Virus record (IMG/VR): IMGVR_UViG_3300048599_000194
Span: 175,177 to 239,176 of that record
DNA: 64,000 bases
Origin: a virus
Lineage: Duplodnaviria; Heunggongvirae; Uroviricota; Caudoviricetes
Direction: 5' to 3' (one strand)
Shown: positions 43,820 through 52,541 of the stretch, one piece after another
Position numbering within the stretch: position 1 is the stretch's first letter
Layout of the letters: each line of letters begins with the position of its first letter
Made by a program: the position numbers and the translations under genes
The notes under the pieces: model-generated
The model's database searches: none
What the model saw: the letters and a program-made list of their open reading frames with translations, nothing else
What the model was told of the DNA's origin: nothing

Positions 43820-44610
43820 ACCAGATTCCTCGCTTCGATGATTCCCTTACCCATGTGGTTCGACTCCGAAATGTTATTCGGATTGATGGGCGAAATCTTG
43901 ATGAAGAAATACTGAGGGTCGAAGAACGTGCGGAGCTTTTCGATGTCGAAATCGGCCTCATCCACAAGTGTCATGTTGACAGTGGTCTTAAGATTCGACT
44001 GAGTACGAATCTGCCCGAGTTCTTCGATGGTGACCTTATGCTTGAAAGGAATGAGATCATTCCGCCGAGCATCGTCCAAAGAATGGAGCGAAACCTGGAG
44101 CGTGATGTTCCCCTTGATCCACGAATAGTCGGCATCCTTAATTCCGATGGTGGAAATATAGTGATGCGTGTTCGGATACTTTTCCGAAATAATGGAAATT
44201 GCCTTCTTGACCTCATCCACGTTCAGGAAGGTATCACCCATTCGAGTATAGTTGATCTTGAATTCCTTGGAATTCCGAGGATCTCGATCAGGATTCTTGG
44301 AGATAATGAATTCGACCTGTGCTACAATTTCATCGGAGGTCAGATTTCGGAACCTCTTGAGATTTCCAGTTGCGCAGAACTTGCATCGCACGGGGCACCC
44401 GCTCGCAACCGAAACGCCGATCATCCATCGTTCATCTCGATTCCCAAGATCAGCGCAGACCAGATCATTTTGCTTTCGGCCAATTGCATCCTTCGTATAG
44501 AATGGCAGGAAGGTGTCTGTCGTTTCCAGAGGAAAGCCATCTTCGGTGTGCAGAAGATAGACGGATCCGTTGGCGAAGTGCTTGCTGGTCTTTTCGGTCA
44601 GTGCGGTCAT
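43816..44610 (-). CDS. RlmN/Cfr-like radical SAM protein lacking both catalytic cysteines
   Basis: IGVSVASGCPVRCKFCATG, RNLTSDEIVAQV, RMGD, ISTIG, QVSLHS, SPINP; no Cys after the cluster motif; start at the ATG with AAGGAG RBS. Confidence 0.9.
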   Translation of the reverse strand: MTALTEKTSKHFANGSVYLLHTEDGFPLETTDTFLPFYTKDAIGRKQNDLVCADLGNRDERWMIGVSVASGCPVRCKFCATGNLKRFRNLTSDEIVAQVEFIISKNPDRDPRNSKEFKINYTRMGDTFLNVDEVKKAISIISEKYPNTHHYISTIGIKDADYSWIKGNITLQVSLHSLDDARRNDLIPFKHKVTIEELGQIRTQSNLKTTVNMTLVDEADFDIEKLRTFFDPQYFFIKISPINPNNISESNHMGKGIIEARNLV

Positions 44611-44640
44611 ATTGAGTCTCCTTGTTAGTGGTGTGTAAGT

Positions 44641-44670
44641 AAGATACGTCAATAAACGCAATGCGTCAAC
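44641..44670 (-). promoter_or_regulatory. sigma70-type early promoter of the radical SAM operon
   Basis: GTTGAC-N17-GTATCTT. Confidence 0.85.
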
Positions 44671-44675
44671 TTAGA

Positions 44676-44888
44676 TTAGTCGTAGATTTCCTTGTAGTAC
44701 ACTCCAAGGAGAATTTTATGCCCCATGAAATCAAAATAAATTCCACCTTCTTGAGTTTCTGTATCATATCCATTATACCAATTCTCTCGATAGGTCTTAA
44801 AGAAAATGGAAATGAAGAATCTAGAAAGTGCATTGAAATGATAAGTTACTGCTTCCATATCAAGACTGCCTGAAACGACGCGAATCAA
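44676..44888 (-). CDS. Hypothetical protein
   Basis: 70 aa; start uncertain. Confidence 0.55.
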   Translation of the reverse strand: MIRVVSGSLDMEAVTYHFNALSRFFISIFFKTYRENWYNGYDTETQEGGIYFDFMGHKILLGVYYKEIYD

Positions 44889-45108
44889 TCCAAATAACCT
44901 TTACGTCATTTAGAATCATCATATTCAATCCTTCGAGTGCATTGATCACCTCTGGAAATGGATGCTTGTTGAAGTCGATGAAAGTATGCTCCTCAAGATC
45001 ATCGTCAACTTCGACAATATCCTTGAATAGCATATCAATAAATGCCTTCGGAAGTGCCCCGCAAGTATGCCAGAAAAGAACCCGATACTTCATGATATTC
45101 TCCTTCAC
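44860..45108 (-). CDS. Hypothetical protein
   Basis: 82 aa. Confidence 0.7.
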   Translation of the reverse strand: MKENIMKYRVLFWHTCGALPKAFIDMLFKDIVEVDDDLEEHTFIDFNKHPFPEVINALEGLNMMILNDVKVIWIDSRRFRQS

Positions 45109-45268
45109 TCGAATTCTCGATTACAGATGTTACAAATTCGGAAACCATATCCGATATGGTCATATTCAGTGCAGTCATGCGAGCAACGATGAGTAAGCAT
45201 TTTCCAGGCTTGTTTAAGACTGCGAAACGTCAGCTTAATTCGATTCATATACGCACCTCCACGTCATG

Positions 45269-45298
45269 AAGATACTGAACATTTTTATAGAAGTCAAC
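45269..45298 (-). promoter_or_regulatory. sigma70-type early promoter
   Basis: GTTGAC-N17-GTATCTT. Confidence 0.85.
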
Positions 45299-45316
45299 TA
45301 GAACCTAGCAAAATGA

Positions 45317-45721
45317 TTGAAGTTGGCAATAAATAAAAGAATGACCAAATACATGTATAATTCAGCAATATATGAATCAAAAGAAAAATTCGAAGTAAAA
45401 GAAAATGAGTTTATGCTAGTATTAGATGGCGTAGTAATTTCAAAGTCTGGATTTAATATTGAGTCGTCGGATGAATTTTTCGATGAGCCATATGTGAGCC
45501 TATATGACGTTGAAACAGTGAAGAAATATAGAGGAAGAGGATATGCTCATGAATTGTTTAATCATATATTCGAATTTGTGAAGAATTCATTAGAGATAAA
45601 GATAATAACATTGATAGTATATAAAGAGAATATAAAGGCTATTAAATTGTATAATAGCTTGGGATTTGAAATCTTTATGGAATATGAAGATAGCTATTCA
45701 TTGGTTAAACATCTCATTTAA
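45317..45721 (+). CDS. GNAT-family acetyltransferase
   Basis: LYDVETVKKYRGRGYA (motif A), LIVYKENIKAIKLYNSLGF. Confidence 0.85.
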   Translation: MKLAINKRMTKYMYNSAIYESKEKFEVKENEFMLVLDGVVISKSGFNIESSDEFFDEPYVSLYDVETVKKYRGRGYAHELFNHIFEFVKNSLEIKIITLIVYKENIKAIKLYNSLGFEIFMEYEDSYSLVKHLI

Positions 45722-46361
45722 CAAATGACGGAAAATCCTTATATATTACGACAGGGCGACTTTCCCATTCAATAGAATTACCATTGCGAAACTCGGCAAC
45801 TGAAGATGCAATCCAATCTTCTTCAAGTAACAAGTTGTTCCTCGCATGCATCCAAAGATTTTTACCAAGTCCAACTAGTCGATGATAACATCTTTGCGCA
45901 TTACTGTCATTAATTGGAACTTTAGATCTATTTGGAATTGTATTATCTTCATTTATGGATGACATCGCCAGCGGTTTTAGACTAAATCTGTAATATAAGG
46001 ACCACAATCTAGGGGAGTAATCGAGCAAAATTAAATCGCCATCAACCAATCCTGCTTGAAATGCTCCCCCTGACTGTCTATACTTAAACCACTCATCTAA
46101 CGTAATAGCCATCGGATACGAAGCATATTCAGGATGCACTTTTTGATTCATAAGCCAGATAAAATACTTCAGAATATCAACATAATTCAAATCACCAATT
46201 AACTCATGCATCTCACGATCAGGTCCATGTTTCCAATACATCGGAGGTTCATAAAATTCATTAAGAGGTAAGTTGAGTAGTTCAATACCACCTTTAGCAA
46301 ACTCACCCTGAAAACGATCTCTACTCAGCATTCTGGATATGCGAGCTTGTTTATCAATCAT
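45714..46361 (-). CDS. Hypothetical protein
   Basis: 215 aa. Confidence 0.75.
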   Translation of the reverse strand: MIDKQARISRMLSRDRFQGEFAKGGIELLNLPLNEFYEPPMYWKHGPDREMHELIGDLNYVDILKYFIWLMNQKVHPEYASYPMAITLDEWFKYRQSGGAFQAGLVDGDLILLDYSPRLWSLYYRFSLKPLAMSSINEDNTIPNRSKVPINDSNAQRCYHRLVGLGKNLWMHARNNLLLEEDWIASSVAEFRNGNSIEWESRPVVIYKDFPSFVK

Positions 46362-46564
46362 TATTTTCCTCTAGCCATCAATGGACACCATTCGGGTACA
46401 TTACACTCTCGAACAATATGATGAGGTCTACAAGCCTCTGTAATGTATCTCTTAGCTTCTATACAGAAAACTTTTACATCATCATCACAGAACCAATCAA
46501 ATGGATCTGGATCTGGCATGACATTGTGAGATTTACATTGCGTGCAGTTATTGTAGACACTCAT
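46361..46564 (-). CDS. Small Cys-rich phage protein
   Basis: CTQC...DPDPFDWFCDDD...VPEWCPL. Confidence 0.7.
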   Translation of the reverse strand: MSVYNNCTQCKSHNVMPDPDPFDWFCDDDVKVFCIEAKRYITEACRPHHIVRECNVPEWCPLMARGK

Positions 46565-46575
46565 TCAACACCTCC

Positions 46576-47043
46576 CTACTTAGTAGGACATGAAGCCAAT
46601 CCCTTAGCCAGAATGCTTGCGTCCTGCCCGCGAATCTTAACTCCATATTTACGAGCAACGTAATCCCAATGCCTCAAATACCAGCACTGATTCTGAGCAG
46701 GAAGATATTCAGATAGTCCCTTATCACCCTTAGAGCGATTTTCGTGCGCCGAAACCGAAACCAAATTGGAATCGTCCGTTGCCATTTGATGCTTGCGATC
46801 AGGAGAGAAATTAGCACCCCCATTATCATATGCATACTTCAAGGGGATAATATGGTCAATATCGACATTTCGGCTATTTGGAATTGATACGCCAGAATAC
46901 TTACATACCCATTGACCATTGACTTGATCTCTATCAAGAATGTGTTCACGAGTATGTTTCCACTGATTTGCACTAATCCAATCGCCCCTATTATAGGACG
47001 ATCCTGCGAGTGCCATTGCGAGTGCCATTGCGACTAACTTCAT
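46576..47043 (-). CDS. Secreted HNH nuclease, DUF1524-like
   Basis: Signal peptide; CKYSG...DIDHIIPL...SNLVSVSAHENRSKGDK. Confidence 0.8.
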   Translation of the reverse strand: MKLVAMALAMALAGSSYNRGDWISANQWKHTREHILDRDQVNGQWVCKYSGVSIPNSRNVDIDHIIPLKYAYDNGGANFSPDRKHQMATDDSNLVSVSAHENRSKGDKGLSEYLPAQNQCWYLRHWDYVARKYGVKIRGQDASILAKGLASCPTK

Positions 47044-47285
47044 TTTCTACTCCTAAGTTCCTGGTCTTCTTCATCTACCAGCTTATCTATGTTAGCATCA
47101 CATTGATAGCAGTGGTAATGCACATGATCTTCATGGTATCCAGTCATGTGATCTTTCTTACTCTTCACCTTAATTCCACATAGTGTGGTATCTTCATGTG
47201 AAATGCAAAAATGCCTGCGATTGTCAACCCCAATACATTCAAGCATATTGAGTAGCTTTACATGGGCTGATGAATTATCAATCAT
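47040..47285 (-). CDS. Small Cys/His protein
   Basis: ORF in packed operon. Confidence 0.65.
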   Translation of the reverse strand: MIDNSSAHVKLLNMLECIGVDNRRHFCISHEDTTLCGIKVKSKKDHMTGYHEDHVHYHCYQCDANIDKLVDEEDQELRSRK

Positions 47286-47662
47286 CGAGATATATTTCCG
47301 GATGTAGTAGTAACATCACCTTCGACATTACCTTTAACTCGAACATTTCCACTGTTCGTGCATACTTCACCGTGAATATCACCACCAATTTCAATCGATC
47401 CGGTTGTAGATCCAACTTCGCCCTTGACATTACCTCGGACGCTAATATTTCCGCTATTGCTGGAAACGTCTCCAAGTACATCTCCGACAATAATACATGT
47501 TCGGCATGCTTCAAATTCGAGACTTTCTAAATTTCCTTCAATCTTAATATCAATAGTCTTTCCTTCCGGTGTGACATCAACACCATTAATGAAAATCTTA
47601 TTGTCTCCAATATTGACGTTATTTCCTTCATACACCTTTTCATTGATGGTAATTTTTGCCAT
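47282..47662 (-). CDS. Beta-helix repeat protein (bactofilin/DUF4097-like)
   Basis: Repeated GDV-x-S/T-x-SG-N/S-I/V units; start reassigned to MAKITI. Confidence 0.65.
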   Translation of the reverse strand: MAKITINEKVYEGNNVNIGDNKIFINGVDVTPEGKTIDIKIEGNLESLEFEACRTCIIVGDVLGDVSSNSGNISVRGNVKGEVGSTTGSIEIGGDIHGEVCTNSGNVRVKGNVEGDVTTTSGNISR

Positions 47663-47730
47663 AAAAATTCTCGCTTTCGACAGAAATTTGAAGAATCTAT
47701 TGATGACTGTATTAACTAATGAAATACTCA

Positions 47731-48051
47731 TTATTCATCTGTCTCTTGGAAAAGAAGATCAACCATATTACCAGAATTCCCAAAAGGATGGCACATGCTA
47801 CGAGAAATCTCTCGGATGAAATTTCCGATAATGTGATTCTTCAATTCAGAATGACTGAACCATGCCACCTTGTGAGATCCTACGTTCTTAATCCAGTGAA
47901 GGGAGTAAGAGATGCAATTGTTAAATCCTTCCTGGCACTTATTGATGCTAACTTCTTTAATATAGCCAATACTACCATCTTCAAGCTGAACAATATCAAA
48001 AGGCTTGTGTGCCATTTTTGCGTATTTCTTGAGTTCTGTTTCAGTTGCCAT
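47731..48051 (-). CDS. Hypothetical protein
   Basis: ORF in packed operon. Confidence 0.7.
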   Translation of the reverse strand: MATETELKKYAKMAHKPFDIVQLEDGSIGYIKEVSINKCQEGFNNCISYSLHWIKNVGSHKVAWFSHSELKNHIIGNFIREISRSMCHPFGNSGNMVDLLFQETDE

Positions 48052-48053
48052 GA

Positions 48054-48356
48054 TTAATCCTCCACTTTAATGAGTTTTCCATACACTTTAGTAGTCCAGC
48101 CATTGATATGATGTTTGTTATTTCCAATCAATACTCCCTGACCATGTTTGGAAATAGACTTCACCAAATGCAAGTAATCGGAATTACCGACCCTACATAG
48201 AACTACATCACCTTCTCGCAATTCTGAAAGTGTGGTTGGAGTTACTGTGCATAATTGCCCAGATGATATAATCCCTTCCATTGAATTCCCAAATGGCCGG
48301 AATTTAACCGTATTGCCAAGCCCCAATTGCCGAATATATGCAGTGGCCCAACTCAT
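48054..48356 (-). CDS. S24/S26 peptidase-like protein
   Basis: GNSMEG...GDVVLCRV...LHLVK. Confidence 0.7.
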   Translation of the reverse strand: MSWATAYIRQLGLGNTVKFRPFGNSMEGIISSGQLCTVTPTTLSELREGDVVLCRVGNSDYLHLVKSISKHGQGVLIGNNKHHINGWTTKVYGKLIKVED

Positions 48357-48784
48357 TAATCAGCCTTTGGGAGAATGGTAAAATCCGCATTTCCAAGGCA
48401 CTCGCCATTTCTTCGCGCAATATCGTCAATTGTGGCGTGCCTGAGAATTCCTAGATTTGCCAGGATCATAGCTTCTCTAAGATTGGCATATTCGTATCTG
48501 AATCCTCCCTGGTACAATCGCCCATACTCCAAAATGTATTCGGAATATCGCTCAACAGGAATGTCTCCAAAAACACTATACACTGCGCGACTGGTGACTC
48601 GAATCATGTCTTCAAGTGTGAGATCCGCAGTTTTTTCGCATCCTACGTAATTGCATTGAATTGCGTGAAGATCCGAAAACAAATCAGTGCGCTTGTAATG
48701 CCCCTTGGCATATAGAATGTAGTGTCGAAATGGAGTGAGCTTCATGTCAGTCAACTTATTCACGGGGCATTCCATTAATTTCAT
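48356..48784 (-). CDS. Hypothetical protein
   Basis: 142 aa. Confidence 0.7.
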   Translation of the reverse strand: MKLMECPVNKLTDMKLTPFRHYILYAKGHYKRTDLFSDLHAIQCNYVGCEKTADLTLEDMIRVTSRAVYSVFGDIPVERYSEYILEYGRLYQGGFRYEYANLREAMILANLGILRHATIDDIARRNGECLGNADFTILPKAD

Positions 48785-49112
48785 TTACAATTGCACGCAC
48801 CCAAGAATCGGTAATATAGATAGCAGTGAAAGATTCACCGTTATCTTGCTTGATGTTATTGTCGGATGCATTCTTAAGAACAATCACCGACGCTCCAGTC
48901 CCATCGTCAAATCCGTGTGTGGCAATCGATTCGATATAGTCGATGTCTGAAACCTTCACCGTGCGAGTCGTACAAACAACTCCCTCCTCGGTGTTATCGC
49001 AAGGTTCAATCGTCCCATCTTCGGTAAGCTCAGAAATGAAATCCGAGATTGAACCGAAATGAAACACCGGATTGAATCGGTAGCCCGAGAAAGTAATCAT
49101 GTTGGCAATCAT
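48756..49112 (-). CDS. Hypothetical protein
   Basis: GGGAG RBS; promoter 49142. Confidence 0.75.
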   Translation of the reverse strand: MIANMITFSGYRFNPVFHFGSISDFISELTEDGTIEPCDNTEEGVVCTTRTVKVSDIDYIESIATHGFDDGTGASVIVLKNASDNNIKQDNGESFTAIYITDSWVRAIVNEINGMPRE

Positions 49113-49141
49113 GTAGTTCTCCCGTGTTGAAGTTCACTACT

Positions 49142-49171
49142 AAGATACTACACAACTAACCAAGAGTCAAC
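49142..49171 (-). promoter_or_regulatory. sigma70-type early promoter
   Basis: GTTGAC-N17-GTATCTT. Confidence 0.85.
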
Positions 49172-49175
49172 TACA

Positions 49176-49433
49176 TTACGGAGTTTCTACAAACTGAGGA
49201 TCTACTTTCATGGTAACAGTAACTCCTTCAGGTATGACCGTCAATTGATTTATTTGTGTATTTGTATATGCTAGAGGTACAATTGCACCTGCGTCAATTC
49301 GAAGCACATTACAAGGGGTCATGGATGCAGATCCAAGCACAATATATAGTAGTTGATTTGAATCTTTGGCCGCATATGGATATTGTAATTCTACATTTGT
49401 ATTTTCTACGTAAGTGTTTTCCATGTTGCTCAT
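49176..49433 (-). CDS. Hypothetical protein
   Basis: 85 aa. Confidence 0.7.
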   Translation of the reverse strand: MSNMENTYVENTNVELQYPYAAKDSNQLLYIVLGSASMTPCNVLRIDAGAIVPLAYTNTQINQLTVIPEGVTVTMKVDPQFVETP

Positions 49434-49454
49434 GTTTATGCCCTCGAATGATAT

Positions 49455-49799
49455 TTAGTTTTTACTGTATCGACCCTTAACATATGAATGCATTGCATCA
49501 AGTGTTTCTTCACTTTTAATTTCATGGGCACTCTTCAACAAATCAAATATTCGATTTGCAATATTTTGATGCAAATGTGCGCGAATAAACAATGCAAGTA
49601 TAGCCGGAACAAATAATACAAGCCAATTTGAACTAAGATGAAGTAAACAGAATAGTAAGACTGTAATTGCAGATGAAATATAACCAGCATTTTTCCATCT
49701 AGTCGCATAACCCTTATATCTACCAGACTCACTGAATAGTAAATGAGAGTAACTAGTTAATTTGGCATCGAATATTTCATCATTCATCTTCATCTTCAT
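49455..49799 (-). CDS. Two-TM membrane protein
   Basis: Hydrophobic hairpin. Confidence 0.7.
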   Translation of the reverse strand: MKMKMNDEIFDAKLTSYSHLLFSESGRYKGYATRWKNAGYISSAITVLLFCLLHLSSNWLVLFVPAILALFIRAHLHQNIANRIFDLLKSAHEIKSEETLDAMHSYVKGRYSKN

Positions 49800-50257
49800 C
49801 TTGTAATCCTGGGGTTAGGTTTTAGCACTGGACGTGGTGGTGTTTTAGTTTTATGGTTTGCAGGAATTACAAAACCTTGATTTCCTTGAACCCCTTGAAT
49901 TCCTTGAATTCCAGTAGGTCCAACTAAACCCTGTGGACCCATTGCGCCTAGAGCTTCAAGTGACTTAACCGCCACTTCGCGTTCTGCTCTACTAGTATTC
50001 GGATTTTCTAAAATGACGCTCCACTTATTCATTAATAATAATCTTCGATCCATTGGGATGTGCGGATCTGAATTTACAAAATCAGGTAATGGAGAATCAA
50101 GTAAATTCACCTGAGTTGATTCTAACTTATTCTTTTGAATAGCCCACCCAGAATCAACTATTGATTGATTTGTGGTATTAATTGACCCAATCGCATCTGC
50201 GAATTTACATTCGCTTTGAAATGAGTCATATGGATTGCTAAAGAAATTCTTAGCCAT
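49796..50257 (-). CDS. Hypothetical protein with short collagen-like repeat
   Basis: GAMGPQGLVGPTGIQGIQGVQGNQG. Confidence 0.75.
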   Translation of the reverse strand: MAKNFFSNPYDSFQSECKFADAIGSINTTNQSIVDSGWAIQKNKLESTQVNLLDSPLPDFVNSDPHIPMDRRLLLMNKWSVILENPNTSRAEREVAVKSLEALGAMGPQGLVGPTGIQGIQGVQGNQGFVIPANHKTKTPPRPVLKPNPRITR

Positions 50258-50379
50258 CTTCAGTTCCCTTCGTACAGATCAAACACATGGCTATTCAAAT
50301 CCTTCATTCCTTAATATTTGCTTAATTCGTAATGCATCTTCATAATTTAATACTGACACCCTAATTGAATAGTTCATAA

Positions 50380-51366
50380 TTAATGCTTCATTAGTTCAGT
50401 ATATCTAATTAATTCAGGTTTCAACTTAAATGCAGTCGATGGATTATCTGCAATACATATTTTCGAATCTGGATTAAAGTATATTACCACACCCTTTTCA
50501 TCTCCCAGGGTTTTTGCGATAATAGCTCCAATTGGTGATCGCCTAATCATTGTGTATTTTTCATCTAAACACCTACAGAACCTGATTATCATATTTAATT
50601 CTTCATCTGACGAATTACCATCAGCTAATTGCAACAAATATAGTTTCAGTTGTTTTTCCTCGAAGTAATCAAATTTCACAGGATCGTCTTTTTTAGCCTC
50701 TTCTAATCCTTTTGTAAACAATCTATCCTCTGAAGTGCGAATCATGGATTCGCCCCACTGCTTTCGTCTAGCTGAGTTGTCTCGGCGATATAGCGCCCCA
50801 AACGGGTCTTCTATCTCTTCAGCCACCTCAGAGGTGCTTTCATCTTCAGAAGGCGCTTCCTGGGCTTCCTGTGGGGTAGGGGTTGAGTTTTTATCCAAGT
50901 CGTATGCATGCGTAATGTCGTCTGCTGGACGCTCAACGTCATTGTCAATATACCATTGATACGTTTGATCTATATAATCCTCTATAAAGTTGAATAAAGA
51001 GCCTCCTCCTTTTACGTATGGAATCTCTTTATCTCCAATCTTATGGGCGCTCAACTTACAGGGTCGATAGTTAGCCAATTCAAAGGCTAATGGGATTTCC
51101 TTGGCACCCGAAGACTCTCGAATGGTTGCACATATTCCAACAACTTCAATAATGTTCTTCTCTAAAAAATATGCAATGCCTAACTGGTTTTCTCTTACGA
51201 GAACCCATTCACCTGTATGCATTCTAAGTAAATGGGTAAATTGGCGATTTGTCCCCTTAATGCGCGAAGTTAATGCGTCATGTAGGAGATCATTCATGTA
51301 ATTTTTGCCGAGTTTGCTGAGGGTCATACCCTTAAAATACTTGAGGGATGTCTGAGTGTCAACCAA
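50380..51366 (-). CDS. Hypothetical protein with acidic central linker
   Basis: 328-aa ORF. Confidence 0.8.
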   Translation of the reverse strand: MVDTQTSLKYFKGMTLSKLGKNYMNDLLHDALTSRIKGTNRQFTHLLRMHTGEWVLVRENQLGIAYFLEKNIIEVVGICATIRESSGAKEIPLAFELANYRPCKLSAHKIGDKEIPYVKGGGSLFNFIEDYIDQTYQWYIDNDVERPADDITHAYDLDKNSTPTPQEAQEAPSEDESTSEVAEEIEDPFGALYRRDNSARRKQWGESMIRTSEDRLFTKGLEEAKKDDPVKFDYFEEKQLKLYLLQLADGNSSDEELNMIIRFCRCLDEKYTMIRRSPIGAIIAKTLGDEKGVVIYFNPDSKICIADNPSTAFKLKPELIRYTELMKH

Positions 51367-51386
51367 AACATCCCTCTAATCTCTAA

Positions 51387-51587
51387 TTATTCAGCCTTTT
51401 CCAATTGATATAGGCTAACTACAGTTCTACTAATTCGTAGAAATGCCGACTGCCTATTCTTTGGATCTTGCGAATTTTCGCAGAATGATTCAATGTAGTC
51501 ATAGTCCAAAGCATCTGTATTTTCTTCAGCCCTCTTGAAAGGCTTACCCGAATGCTTTCGAACCTTATCTCCAATTGCTAATTCCAT
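51387..51587 (-). CDS. Small protein (GDKVRKHSGKPFK family)
   Basis: SH3/KOW-like start. Confidence 0.65.
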   Translation of the reverse strand: MELAIGDKVRKHSGKPFKRAEENTDALDYDYIESFCENSQDPKNRQSAFLRISRTVVSLYQLEKAE

Positions 51588-51588
51588 A

Positions 51589-51852
51589 TTAATTCCTATT
51601 GTTTTTCACTGCATCTGCAATGAAATCATTAGTTTCATGAAATACTGCGACCAGTCCTCGTTCAACCAACGTATATATGGCCCTCGCTTGTTGCTCTGCA
51701 TATTCATATTTCAAATATTCGTCTCGCTGTTTTGGCTCATTGTCTTTCGCATAGTTCAATGCGGCCCTTTGCTTACTCATTTCAATTCCTTCAATGAAGG
51801 TTTTTACTCGATTCAGAACTTCATTAGTTTTTGGCGATGGGTATTCTTGCAT
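51589..51852 (-). CDS. Hypothetical protein
   Basis: Promoter 51898 upstream. Confidence 0.7.
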   Translation of the reverse strand: MQEYPSPKTNEVLNRVKTFIEGIEMSKQRAALNYAKDNEPKQRDEYLKYEYAEQQARAIYTLVERGLVAVFHETNDFIADAVKNNRN

Positions 51853-51897
51853 TGGATGTCCTATTTGTTGAGGTTTGCACTCGTATCAGCTTAACCT

Positions 51898-51927
51898 AAG
51901 ATACGGACAGCGCGAGAGACTGTCAAC
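51898..51927 (-). promoter_or_regulatory. sigma70-type early promoter
   Basis: GTTGAC-N17-GTATCTT. Confidence 0.85.
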
Positions 51928-52538
51928 TATTCCCAGTATTTTGTCCAGTCATCTCCCTTTCGAGATTTCAACTTTTCCAGGTATTCCCAAGTCTTGATCT
52001 TAGCCATCCATAGATTGTGTCCGGATCCGCCTTTACATACAACACCTTCATTCAATTTAACGCCGAGATTATTTTCTCGAACAGCCTGAATGAATGGCTC
52101 ATTCAGATTTCCTTCATAAACCAATTCCGGAATATGAAGACCTCCAAATTGCTTCAAGAATGTCTTTGGATCTATAATCCCCTTCTTATGCACATTCATG
52201 TCGAATAGGATTACATCGTGAATATCGTTAGGGTCATGAATTCCAGCGAATGAATTAGGCCCTTCAAATTCACAAAATGAAATAGCCTCTTCAACTCCTC
52301 GATAATTATCTCGAAGAATCTTTTCGACTTGTTCCGAATACTTATTCATGAACAAATCGATAGATTTTCCAAATACGGGATGGGATTCATCGAATAGCTG
52401 ATGTCGCGTTCCGAACTTCTTCCATCCCCGTTTCTTATGCCATTCGAACCTCAAATTTGAACCGTCATGCTTATAGAAGGCATAACAGTATTCGCGAGGA
52501 GCTTTAGCTGAATGTGGAATGCTCCAATACTCTTTCAT
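51927..52538 (-). CDS. RNA-ligase-like nucleotidyltransferase
   Basis: FYKHDGSNLR (KxDG), FCEFEG, ILFDM, NEGVVCKG, MAKIKT. Confidence 0.75.
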   Translation of the reverse strand: MKEYWSIPHSAKAPREYCYAFYKHDGSNLRFEWHKKRGWKKFGTRHQLFDESHPVFGKSIDLFMNKYSEQVEKILRDNYRGVEEAISFCEFEGPNSFAGIHDPNDIHDVILFDMNVHKKGIIDPKTFLKQFGGLHIPELVYEGNLNEPFIQAVRENNLGVKLNEGVVCKGGSGHNLWMAKIKTWEYLEKLKSRKGDDWTKYWE

Positions 52539-52541
52539 TTA

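Noticed and set aside
43855-44628. 257-aa plus-strand ORF, and similar ones at 1964, 2943, 3524, 40366, 43490 and 53802
   Set aside because: Each lies exactly opposite a well-supported minus-strand gene; explained by codon bias.
47278-47514. 78-aa alternate-frame ORF, and similar ones at 228, 625, 10560, 36897, 37154, 37978 and 40491
   Set aside because: Same-strand out-of-frame overlaps of better-supported genes.
49796-50257. Tail-fibre or collagen structural protein
   Set aside because: Only about eight Gly-X-Y triplets, and no structural gene context.
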